Source: a virus (taxonomy: Duplodnaviria > Caudoviricetes). From it: a DNA stretch of 34,438 nucleotides. The translations under genes were made by a program, and so were the position numbers. Under the pieces are notes generated by a model. The model was not told where the DNA came from and did no database searches. It was given only the letters and a program-made list of their open reading frames with translations. The stretch covers positions 1-34,438 of the IMG/VR virus record IMGVR_UViG_3300016666_000287. The stretch is one strand, 5' to 3'. Each line of letters starts with the position of its first letter. Within the stretch, counting starts at the first letter, position 1. This document shows positions 1 through 7,692 of the stretch, in pieces.

Positions 1-29
1 GAACCCGCGTGATCAGCTTGGGAAGCTGG
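1..29. repeat. att core copy (displaced tRNA-Gly 3' portion; probably extends beyond the left window edge)
   Basis: GAACCCGCGTGATCAGCTTGGGAAGCTGG is identical to 34175-34203 and includes the anticodon stem-loop symmetry CAGC-TTGGGAA-GCTG. Confidence 0.95.
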
Positions 30-153
30 GCTGCACGTAGTTTCACTTTGTTGCTGGGAGTACCATGACACCCCTCTAGCCCAGTAAAACAAAGGGCTGG
101 AGGTCAGGGTGGGGCTTTGGGGTGTATCACCTAATGTCATACACGTTCGGGCT

Positions 154-178
154 AACTGTCACCAGGAACTGTCACCAG
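154..178 (+). promoter_or_regulatory. Tandem integrase arm-type binding sites
   Basis: AACTGTCACCAG at 154-165 and 167-178, directly before the int ATG; the same motif pair occurs at 34086-34109. Confidence 0.75.
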
Positions 179-1378
179 ATGCTCACGGAAAAGCAAATCC
201 GGGCGTTCAAGCCCCGGGAGAATGACTACATCGTTTCTGATGGAAGGAGTACCAGAGGGGAAGGCGTATTGATCCTCAAAGTCAGGCCAAACGGTACGAA
301 GGAGTATTATTTTCAACGTCATGTGGCTGGGAAGAAGAAGTTAACCAAGGTAGGAGTGTGGCCCACGCTGAGCCTTGTTGAGGCTCGTGAGAGCTGTAGA
401 GAGCAGCGTACCAAGGTAATAGCAGGTGGTACGTTTAATGACCTTCTTGATGCTTATGTGTCCAAGCTTACTGGTGAGAATGCTGCATCGACAGACGATG
501 TACAGTGGTCATTCAAGCGGTACGTGACCGAACCATTTCCAAATTTTGCAATACTTCCAGCGTGCGCAATCGGCCCTGGAGAAATTCGTGACATCATCAC
601 TCGGATGATTGAGCGTGGAATAACGACCTACTGCAATCGCGTAAGGTCCCGTTTGCATGCTGCATTTCAAATGGGGCTCGAACAAGAGTTCAACCCTCGA
701 AATTATCATCAGGGCGGTCTGAAGTTCGGCCTGCAAAACAACCCAGTGGCCAGCATACCGGTTCAGGATGATTGGGAGCGCCCAGGTGATCGAACACTTA
801 CGGTTGAGGAGTTGGCAACGCTTTGGCAGCTTCTACCTGAGAAGCTGTCGTTGACTACTGCTGTATTGCTTCAGTTCTTGATTGCTTCTGGTGGCCAGCG
901 TCCTGAACAGCTCCTGGCTGTGGAGCGGCAGCAGTATTACAAGGACCATCTGCTCATTCGAAACAAGAAGGGGCGGGACGGAGAAAGAGCCGCGCATGCG
1001 GTACCGTACAATAAGCTCATGCGCCAAAGCCTACACACGATGTCCGAGATCAGCAGTACAAGCGTCTATCCCTTTGAGGGGAAGAACGAAGGAAAAAGCC
1101 TGCATGCCAATTCGCTATCGCGTGCAGTCACAAAGCTCTATGGGCGCCACGCTGAGAAATTTGAAGAGCCATTCACGCTTCGAGATCTTCGTCGAACCTG
1201 CAAAACATTGATGGGGGTAGCTGGCATTTCAAAAGAGTTGCGTGACCGGATTCAGGGTCATGCATTTAGTGATGTTTCGTCCAAACACTACGACCGCTAT
1301 GACTATTTTAAAGAAAAGAAAAGCGGTCTTGCACGATGGTCGACGTGGCTAGAAAAAAATGCTATCAAAAGGCCATGA
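179..1378 (+). CDS. int: Tyrosine recombinase / P4-like phage integrase with N-terminal arm-binding domain
   Basis: N-terminus MLTEKQIRAFKP..DG....L.L.V.P.G.K; catalytic motifs GGQRPEQL, RDLRRT, QGH, KHYDRY; adjacent to att. ATG 179 is preferred over GTG 122 of the ORF track. Confidence 0.95.
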   Translation: MLTEKQIRAFKPRENDYIVSDGRSTRGEGVLILKVRPNGTKEYYFQRHVAGKKKLTKVGVWPTLSLVEARESCREQRTKVIAGGTFNDLLDAYVSKLTGENAASTDDVQWSFKRYVTEPFPNFAILPACAIGPGEIRDIITRMIERGITTYCNRVRSRLHAAFQMGLEQEFNPRNYHQGGLKFGLQNNPVASIPVQDDWERPGDRTLTVEELATLWQLLPEKLSLTTAVLLQFLIASGGQRPEQLLAVERQQYYKDHLLIRNKKGRDGERAAHAVPYNKLMRQSLHTMSEISSTSVYPFEGKNEGKSLHANSLSRAVTKLYGRHAEKFEEPFTLRDLRRTCKTLMGVAGISKELRDRIQGHAFSDVSSKHYDRYDYFKEKKSGLARWSTWLEKNAIKRP

Positions 1379-1412
1379 ATGTCAGTTTGACCTTCACATT
1401 GAGGAATGGACT

Positions 1413-1898
1413 ATGCCAGCAATGACCGATCCAATGGATGGTTTGAAAAGCTTTCAGAAGCAGGTAAAAATTGTCGGAATAAAGTTATCGAAAGGCGAGG
1501 TGCATCCGGATGTTTCCGTACACCTCGATTACCCTAATGGAGTAGCACGGTTGAGCTACGCATTAATTGATAATGGTCGTGTACGAGCCTTTGTTACCTA
1601 TATCCCGGGCGAGCCATACAATGGCCTGCCATGTTTTTCTATTGGGTATGCTGTCCCTGAGAAGTTCAGAAATCAGGGGCTTGGGGCAGAGATTATTGAG
1701 AAAAGTATCGACGAGCTTAAAAACGGTTATTCCCGTAATGGGATCAGTGAATTCTATGTTGAAGCAGTTGTTGCAGAATCCAACGTACCATCACAAAAGC
1801 TAGCGGAAAAAGCCATCTCGCCAACTGTCGATCGCACGGGCCATGATAGTTACTCTGGTGAGCCGGCATTAACGTATATGCGGTACGTTGAGGCTTAA
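1413..1898 (+). CDS. GNAT-family N-acetyltransferase (cargo gene)
   Basis: Acetyl-CoA motif A IGYAVPEKFRNQGLG and motif B V.ESNVPSQKLAEK; GAGGA upstream of ATG 1413; visibly AT-richer than the structural genes. Confidence 0.8.
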   Translation: MPAMTDPMDGLKSFQKQVKIVGIKLSKGEVHPDVSVHLDYPNGVARLSYALIDNGRVRAFVTYIPGEPYNGLPCFSIGYAVPEKFRNQGLGAEIIEKSIDELKNGYSRNGISEFYVEAVVAESNVPSQKLAEKAISPTVDRTGHDSYSGEPALTYMRYVEA

Positions 1899-1903
1899 AC
1901 TTA

Positions 1904-1929
1904 AATGAGGCCGCTTACGCGGCCTCGTT
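1904..1929. terminator. Hairpin between convergent GNAT and alpA-like genes, probable (bidirectional) terminator
   Basis: GAGGCCGC-TTAC-GCGGCCTC perfect stem (1907-1926) with the alpA stop codon in the loop; T-rich run follows on the - strand. Confidence 0.55.
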
Positions 1930-2121
1930 GCACTTCCATAGCAGAGGGTTTGATTGCCAAGTAGCAATCACCGACTCTCGCCACCCCACCCGTCCAGCAG
2001 AAATCGGAATGGGTTTAGGGAAGTTTCCCCGTTTGATCTCTCGCCACAACGTCGAGTGCGACAAGGATGTTGCTTCGAGGACTTCTTTTTCTTTCATGAA
2101 ACGGTCGAGCTTAGGCCGCAT
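1915..2121 (-). CDS. AlpA-family HTH protein, probable excisionase/recombination directionality factor
   Basis: 68 aa with the AlpA signature EVLEATSLSHSTLWREIKRGNFPKPIPISAGRVGW; last gene of the early operon, near int. Confidence 0.85.
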   Translation of the reverse strand: MRPKLDRFMKEKEVLEATSLSHSTLWREIKRGNFPKPIPISAGRVGWRESVIATWQSNPLLWKCNEAA

Positions 2122-2344
2122 CTTTCCCCCCAGCCCGACTCTGCAGTGCCGCCAACTCTAACGCATCAAGCAGTAACTCCATTCGCGCATTTTTGTGCAA
2201 CAGTTCGTCGATCGCTTGAACCATCAATGTGTTCATGCTCGTGTATCGAGCCTTTGCTGCTGTCTCGACTTTTTCCCGTAATCCGTCCGGCAGACGAACA
2301 ACGAATTTATCTGCTGTACGTGAGTTGTACTGTTCACTAATCAT
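2111..2344 (-). CDS. Arc-family ribbon-helix-helix DNA-binding protein, AmrZ(AlgZ)-like
   Basis: SRTADKFVVRLPDGLRE....A.....SMN closely matches the Arc/AmrZ RHH pattern; AAGGAG RBS on the - strand. Confidence 0.85.
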   Translation of the reverse strand: MISEQYNSRTADKFVVRLPDGLREKVETAAKARYTSMNTLMVQAIDELLHKNARMELLLDALELAALQSRAGGKDAA

Positions 2345-2355
2345 ACGCTTACTCC

Positions 2356-2604
2356 TTATATTGCTTTTCTAGCGATTAACTCGGCAACCATTGCCGCGTC
2401 GAGGTCAGATAAATCACCAAGGGTTTGGGCCATACTGGTGAGAGATTCGAGGCGGATCCGTGCATCGGAAGTTTTTCGTACCTGGTAATCAAACAATGCT
2501 GTTCCAACAATCCGGATTGCCATTAGATGCCGCGCCGTTTGTGCGCCTTCAACGGTCGATGTGATAGCCTTCGGGTCGCTGCTGCTTTGGTGCTGTGCTT
2601 GCAT
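2356..2604 (-). CDS. Hypothetical phage early protein (82 aa)
   Basis: ORF in the early operon; GAGGG RBS before ATG 2604 (MQAQHQ...). Confidence 0.65.
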   Translation of the reverse strand: MQAQHQSSSDPKAITSTVEGAQTARHLMAIRIVGTALFDYQVRKTSDARIRLESLTSMAQTLGDLSDLDAAMVAELIARKAI

Positions 2605-2671
2605 GGTGTTGCCCTCAGTGGTGGTTGGTGTCGGGGAGGGCCAACTCCTCGACACCGCTCTTCAATTCCGG

Positions 2672-2965
2672 TTAATCCTGACGAGCTAGGTGAATAACCA
2701 GGTCGTCAAAACTCGGGTCATCCTCAGTGCATGACCTCCATTCCAGAACCTTCAAAATCTGCAGCCTGCTGCAATCCTCAACCAGGATTTCGCGCTCACC
2801 AACTGCAGCCCATATATCCAAAATGGCTAGTAGGCCGTCTTCGGCATATGCACCGGCTTGAATAACCGGGGCGTTGATGCCTGACGCAATCAGCCGATCC
2901 TGCACTTCCTGCAGCGTTGATGTTTTGCCGTCGCTGGCACGTCCCAAAAAGACTTGAACCTGCAT
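2672..2965 (-). CDS. Hypothetical 97-aa protein with P-loop-like motif
   Basis: VFLGRASDGKTS (Walker A-like) and ILVED (Walker B-like); GGAGG RBS; directly downstream of the primase-helicase. Confidence 0.7.
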   Translation of the reverse strand: MQVQVFLGRASDGKTSTLQEVQDRLIASGINAPVIQAGAYAEDGLLAILDIWAAVGEREILVEDCSRLQILKVLEWRSCTEDDPSFDDLVIHLARQD

Positions 2966-2980
2966 GTTTTCTGCCCTCCT

Positions 2981-5770
2981 TTACGCTTTGAAAATCCAGC
3001 ATTTCACTGTTGGGCAGCGGCTGGTCATCGGCGACCTGATGGCCTGTGCTGCTCGCACTGCGCTGTCGACTGCCTTGTAATCAACGTACTTGCGGCTGCG
3101 GGACTCTTTCAGCAGATCCTTCAATGTCGAGACGTCTGCCAGCTTTTGACGGTGCTCTGCGGCACGCTCTGCGAACTCGTTGATGTTGATGGCAATGAGG
3201 TCTGGGTTTTTGCTGTGGTTGACCAGGGGATCTTCGTAGAGCGATTCGAGGTATTCGTAGACCTGCCAGAATTCGGCAACCGCCGCGTGGTCGGCACTGG
3301 TTGTGCTTTGGCGCTCGAGCGCCATTTCGAGGATCTTCCGCCGGGTGGCTTCAACTTGGTTATCAGTGAGCGTCACCACCAGGCGGATGGTGTCGAGCAG
3401 GCTGAGCAACTGGGCGTGGTTTTTGATAATTCGCTCGACGCGGATCTGGCCACGGATGGCGTTGCCACACTTCTTGCACTTACTGTCTGCAGTAAATTCG
3501 GTGCTGCAGAAGAAACAATGGGTGTGCAGGCGGCGCAGCTTGCCTTCGTACTCGGGCATACGGTGGCCAAGTGCATCCATCACGACTGATTCTTTGCTTA
3601 CCGCCTGTAGCAGGAAGTGGCTGAGTGTCGCGCCATCTAGGGCGTTGAGCTTGTCCGCAGCCTCACGGCTTTCTGGAGTCACATTTGGGCGTACAAAGTG
3701 CAGCTTGCCAATCCGCGTCATGATTGCTTCGTGGGCAACGACTGCAGCGTTCTGGCTGATTGCGATCGCGCCTCGAAAAGGCGGTTCATAGGTTTCGTTG
3801 CCAGCAGTTTTTACGCCCTTGGTGGCCAAGGTGCCGCCGCCATAGAAGTCTTTCAGTTCGTCCCACTCAAAGGCCTTTGCATGGGTCTTGTTGTCTTCGC
3901 TGTGACGGTCAGCTTCCAGGAACACCACCGGCATACCCGATACCTGGCCCATCAATCGGGACCGGCCAGCCTTAGTCGACTTCATTGGGTCGAAACCCTC
4001 GTAGCCTTCACGACCGAGCAGCTTCCACAACAGGTTGAGCAGTGTTGTTTTACCCGACCCGGCTTCACCCGTGAGCTCAAGGAAAAGGTAGGACTGATAT
4101 CGAGCGCGGATCTGTTCACAAAACAGCGATCCGAAAAAGAACACTAGAGCGACCAGGCCTTGAGTGCCAAAGCAGATCCACAACAGGCGCAGCCATTCCT
4201 CGTTGTAGTCCTTCCGCTCACGCTGCAGGCGAACAGAGACACCCTTTTGCAGCGTCTTCAATCGCATTTTCCCGAACTCGAAATAGTCTTCGAGGTTGAT
4301 CGGGTATACCGCACCGTCTTTGACGGCCACGTCACCAAATAGGTAGGCGCCGTGTTCCTTGCTGTAGCCAATGTAATCAATCGTCGACACTGTTTTGAGG
4401 CCATAGAGTTGATCTTTCATGATCTTGTCCAGTTGCTGACCGCTACCGGTGTACATGGCTCCAGCAGCCATCCCGAGCAGTCGTTTTTTGAATTCGCTGG
4501 CTGCAGTGAGCTGGCCACTGGTAAAGGTGTTCTTGACGCTGTCACCGTCATGTGGGAAATCGACGCGGACGTAGTACCAGGACTCGTCCGTGACTTCGTT
4601 GCGCTGGTAATACAGGGCTTGGGGGTAGCAGTTGGCGATCTCGAGAACGCTCCCACACTGCTGCAATGCCTTGTCGACAACTTCTTTCTTGTTGAGCAAT
4701 TGGTTGTCGTGGTCGTCGCTGTCCTCGAGCTCTTGAGTGGCTCGATTGAATTTCTCCATGTCCAACTTGAACCAATACAAGCGGCTGCCAAATCCGAAGT
4801 GGAATTCCACCCGTTTGTTCCAGTCGTACATGAGCAGGGCTTTTTCGGAGGCGGTCTCAGCGATGAGCAAGGCGCCCTGGTGGCGAGCCTGCTTGATGTC
4901 GGTAGTGATCTGGGTCGATCGCTTAGCTTCGTCATCGATGAAGGCCCAGCGCTGGTGTAGGTCGTTCCAGTCGACCTTGCGCCCGTCGCGTTGCGGGACT
5001 TGTGCGGCCTCGCACACAAACCCCAACTCCCTGGCCATCCGGACCCAGCGGCGGGTGTAGCCATGCGCACTAGGTTCGTTATCGAGCGCCCATACCAGTT
5101 TCGGCAATTTGTCCGTGCGATCGCGCAGCAGCGCTTTCAGAGATTGTTCCGGAAAGGCGTTGGATGACATGGCGGACACTGCCGCGATCCCGTTATGCAC
5201 CAAGGCGATTGCGTCAAAGATTCCCTCGACGATCCAGATCTCTTTGACCTCAAGCAGATCGATGGAAGGCGGGCACCACCAGACGCCACGGTAGGAATCA
5301 CCGGGCTTAAAGCGAGCTTTCATCTTGCCGAAGCGGGAAGGGCGATCGATCAGGCGTTCCCAATATCCGCCTCTCTCCAGGGCGAAGCGTACCGTCGCGC
5401 TGCCAGCTTCGTGCTGGCTGGAGTAGTACGTTTCCTGCGTGAACCAGCCGCCGATCAATGAAATATCGAAGCCGCGGGCAAACTCTAGGTAGGCTCGTGC
5501 TGTAGCGGTCGGAGCGTTATCGGTGGCCGGTGCACGCTTGCTCCAGTCCTCGAACAGATCTTCGTAAATGTCTTTTACATGCATCGTATGAGCGCACTTT
5601 TCAGGGCGACCGCAGATCACCAGCCAAGGCGCGGGGTGTCGTGTAAACAAGGTTTTTTGGTGACACTTTGGGCACGTGCCGCCGCGCATGTAGTCGGTGC
5701 TAGGGCGATGCTTTAGGCCGTAGTCGTGCTCGAGGCGCTGCAGGACGTCGTGACGCAGATCGTCTCTCAT
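2981..5770 (-). CDS. Toprim-domain primase-helicase replication initiator (P4 alpha / phiCTX-type)
   Basis: N-terminal Zn motif CPKC...C....C; Toprim IVEGIFDAIAL, WALDNE, DWND; Walker A GEAGSGKTT; 929 aa. No HUH gpA-type replication protein is present in the window. Confidence 0.9.
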   Translation of the reverse strand: MRDDLRHDVLQRLEHDYGLKHRPSTDYMRGGTCPKCHQKTLFTRHPAPWLVICGRPEKCAHTMHVKDIYEDLFEDWSKRAPATDNAPTATARAYLEFARGFDISLIGGWFTQETYYSSQHEAGSATVRFALERGGYWERLIDRPSRFGKMKARFKPGDSYRGVWWCPPSIDLLEVKEIWIVEGIFDAIALVHNGIAAVSAMSSNAFPEQSLKALLRDRTDKLPKLVWALDNEPSAHGYTRRWVRMARELGFVCEAAQVPQRDGRKVDWNDLHQRWAFIDDEAKRSTQITTDIKQARHQGALLIAETASEKALLMYDWNKRVEFHFGFGSRLYWFKLDMEKFNRATQELEDSDDHDNQLLNKKEVVDKALQQCGSVLEIANCYPQALYYQRNEVTDESWYYVRVDFPHDGDSVKNTFTSGQLTAASEFKKRLLGMAAGAMYTGSGQQLDKIMKDQLYGLKTVSTIDYIGYSKEHGAYLFGDVAVKDGAVYPINLEDYFEFGKMRLKTLQKGVSVRLQRERKDYNEEWLRLLWICFGTQGLVALVFFFGSLFCEQIRARYQSYLFLELTGEAGSGKTTLLNLLWKLLGREGYEGFDPMKSTKAGRSRLMGQVSGMPVVFLEADRHSEDNKTHAKAFEWDELKDFYGGGTLATKGVKTAGNETYEPPFRGAIAISQNAAVVAHEAIMTRIGKLHFVRPNVTPESREAADKLNALDGATLSHFLLQAVSKESVVMDALGHRMPEYEGKLRRLHTHCFFCSTEFTADSKCKKCGNAIRGQIRVERIIKNHAQLLSLLDTIRLVVTLTDNQVEATRRKILEMALERQSTTSADHAAVAEFWQVYEYLESLYEDPLVNHSKNPDLIAININEFAERAAEHRQKLADVSTLKDLLKESRSRKYVDYKAVDSAVRAAQAIRSPMTSRCPTVKCWIFKA

Positions 5771-5772
5771 AG

Positions 5773-6006
5773 TTACTTCACTGCTTTAAGGCTAAGGGAA
5801 AGGGCCGCCATCAGGCGTTTCTGTGCTGCCATCACTGGGGATCTTTCTAGGATAAATTCGTGTCGTATGGCCGCTGGGACGTAGCGATATTCGTCTGCGT
5901 ACCAGTGTTCATTCAGGCTCATCAGGTACTGCGCACGCACGGCAGCCCGTAGCGCTTTTGCCTGGTCAGGCGGCATTTGGGTGGTGACAATCACGGCGTT
6001 TCCCAT
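5773..6006 (-). CDS. Hypothetical phage early protein (77 aa)
   Basis: GAGG RBS before ATG 6006 (MGNAVIV...); stop codon 2 bp from the primase start. Confidence 0.7.
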   Translation of the reverse strand: MGNAVIVTTQMPPDQAKALRAAVRAQYLMSLNEHWYADEYRYVPAAIRHEFILERSPVMAAQKRLMAALSLSLKAVK

Positions 6007-6085
6007 AGTGAAACCTCGAATTTGGACGCAGCTCACCCAAACCCACTGGGTGTGGGACAGGCGATTTATTGGATTGGTGGTGCTA

Positions 6086-6568
6086 CTAAGAAGCGACGGA
6101 TGGCCGACGCTTTGCATGCAGTTGGAGAACTGCCATAACTTCCGCATGCCTGGCAGCCATGTGCAGGCTTTCAGCTTTATGGATGGCGTCTGCTTCGTCT
6201 TGATCGATCACACCGTCCTCAAGGGCTTGGGCGATGATTTGGTCCACTGTCCCGCGCTTAGCGGCTGTGTCCACACACATGGTGTACAGCTCAACATTGT
6301 CGAGTGAGTCCGTATCCGCCACGCGGACGAACATACCGCCGTACATGGCTGCGACGTACTCAGGGTAATGGGTCGTACCTGTGACCAACTCCAGTTGATA
6401 AACCTGCTCAGCAGTTAATGGGCTGCTTTTGTTGTTTTCGTAGGCATGGTTTTCAAACTTCTTTTGGTTCATGCCGAGCAGGTCTGACGCGAATTTACAG
6501 CCACCAGGTAAAGAGCGAATCAGCTCACTGGCCACATCCCTACGAGTTTTTAGAACGATGGTTTTCAT
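6086..6568 (-). CDS. CII-like / YmfL-family phage regulatory protein
   Basis: N-terminal HTH-like LIRSLPGGCKFASDLLGM, GGMFV, and C-terminal ALEDGVIDQDE typical of this family; second gene of the early operon. Start is uncertain (6568 or 6580). Confidence 0.7.
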   Translation of the reverse strand: MKTIVLKTRRDVASELIRSLPGGCKFASDLLGMNQKKFENHAYENNKSSPLTAEQVYQLELVTGTTHYPEYVAAMYGGMFVRVADTDSLDNVELYTMCVDTAAKRGTVDQIIAQALEDGVIDQDEADAIHKAESLHMAARHAEVMAVLQLHAKRRPSVAS

Positions 6569-6597
6569 CTTCTGTTTCATCCTTTTGTTTATCGGCT

Positions 6598-6858
6598 TTA
6601 CTGTCCGGCACACGCAAGGCGTTCACCGTCTGGTTGGAGAATTCCCGGAAGTACTTCTTGGCCGATAAAAACTGACAAATCTTGCAGAATCCGAAACGTC
6701 AGCCTTCCGCTTGGAAGGTTTGTGTGTCCTGCCCAGCGCTTAATTACCTGGGTGACAGTTCGAGGTTCGTAGCCGTGACTAATAGCGAACTGGCGGAAAT
6801 TGCTCCCCCGTTCTATTAACCGTGCCTGAATCAGGCGCTTTTCCATAACGTCGCTCAT
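6598..6858 (-). CDS. Ner/Cro-like HTH DNA-binding protein (lytic-side repressor)
   Basis: IQARLIERGSNFRQFAISHGYEPRTVTQVI Ner-like pattern; divergent from cI; first early gene. Confidence 0.75.
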   Translation of the reverse strand: MSDVMEKRLIQARLIERGSNFRQFAISHGYEPRTVTQVIKRWAGHTNLPSGRLTFRILQDLSVFIGQEVLPGILQPDGERLACAGQ

Positions 6859-6887
6859 GGTTGAAGTGTTCTCAGTTGGTTAAGATG

Positions 6888-6954
6888 TACCCATTGCGTG
6901 TAATCCTAATAACCCATTTTGGGTAAGTCAACGGGAGATTCTTCAAATTGGGTA
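6888..6954. promoter_or_regulatory. Lysis/lysogeny switch: leftward sigma70 promoter with three putative CI operators
   Basis: - strand TTGACT (6926-6931), 17-bp spacer, TAGGAT (6903-6908). Palindrome ACCCA-TTT-TGGGT (6912-6924) lies in the spacer, with related 15-mers at 6888-6902 and 6940-6954. Confidence 0.7.
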
Positions 6955-7364
6955 ATAAAAGTGCTGGGGCCGTGTTAGACCGCCTTCATGTGGTCTACGA
7001 GGTGAAGAACGATTCGCAGCTTTGTGATGCGACAGATACGCCGCGAGCGACGCTTGGAAACTGGAGAAACCGTGATTCCGTGCCTTACTCGTTGTGCGTA
7101 AGCGTTGCTGAGAGCAAAGGGATTTCTTTGGATTGGCTTTTAACGGGAGAGGGGGCAATGCGTCGAATTACCCCAGAAACTCATCCTGTAGAGGCAGTGA
7201 GCAGCCCTAAAGAAGAAGCCATCTTGGCCTTGTTTCGATCATTAGATGAGAATGGACAGCGGGATATACAGAGCGCTGCTGAAGAAAAGAAACGCTTAAA
7301 AGACATGGCTCAGCAGCTGTCCGAGATAACTGCCATGCTCCTTGATAATAAGCGGCAGGCCTGA
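6948..7364 (+). CDS. cI: CI-type immunity repressor (186/HP1-like HTH, no peptidase domain)
   Basis: VLDRL..VY.VKNDSQL.......ATLGNWRNR.SVPY...GISLDWLLTGEG; TTG start with GGGAG RBS; only 138 aa. Confidence 0.85.
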   Translation: MGNKSAGAVLDRLHVVYEVKNDSQLCDATDTPRATLGNWRNRDSVPYSLCVSVAESKGISLDWLLTGEGAMRRITPETHPVEAVSSPKEEAILALFRSLDENGQRDIQSAAEEKKRLKDMAQQLSEITAMLLDNKRQA

Positions 7365-7619
7365 TTAGGTTCCACAGCGTAGCTTCTCAAACAAGTCTTG
7401 TTGTTGAGCCCGAGTCATTTCACGAACCCTGTCAAAAATCAAACTATCCACAGCTTGAGCTGAAGGGCTCAAAGTATGTGAGAAAGTCAGGTTCGCGACC
7501 CACGTATGGCCGCACACTGCGGAATTGCACTGGCAATATAGCTTCACAAATTGCGCCGATAGCTCCTCACTCGTCGTAATCCTTCCTTTGCTCCGGCACT
7601 CTTTGCAATAAACTCGCAT
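7365..7619 (-). CDS. ogr: Ogr/Delta-family zinc-finger late transcription activator
   Basis: CKEC...LYCQC....CGHTW...TLSPSA; GGGGAGG RBS before ATG 7619. Confidence 0.9.
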   Translation of the reverse strand: MRVYCKECRSKGRITTSEELSAQFVKLYCQCNSAVCGHTWVANLTFSHTLSPSAQAVDSLIFDRVREMTRAQQQDLFEKLRCGT

Positions 7620-7692
7620 ATACCCCTCCCCAGGAATTTCAAGAGCCACTATTTTGCCACAAGGCAAATGTTTTTTATTCATTTTGGGGAAA

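Noticed and set aside
1174-1200. Integrase inactivation because HxxR reads RDLRR
   Set aside because: His-to-Arg at this position is a tolerated variant in tyrosine recombinases; the other catalytic residues and both att sites are intact.
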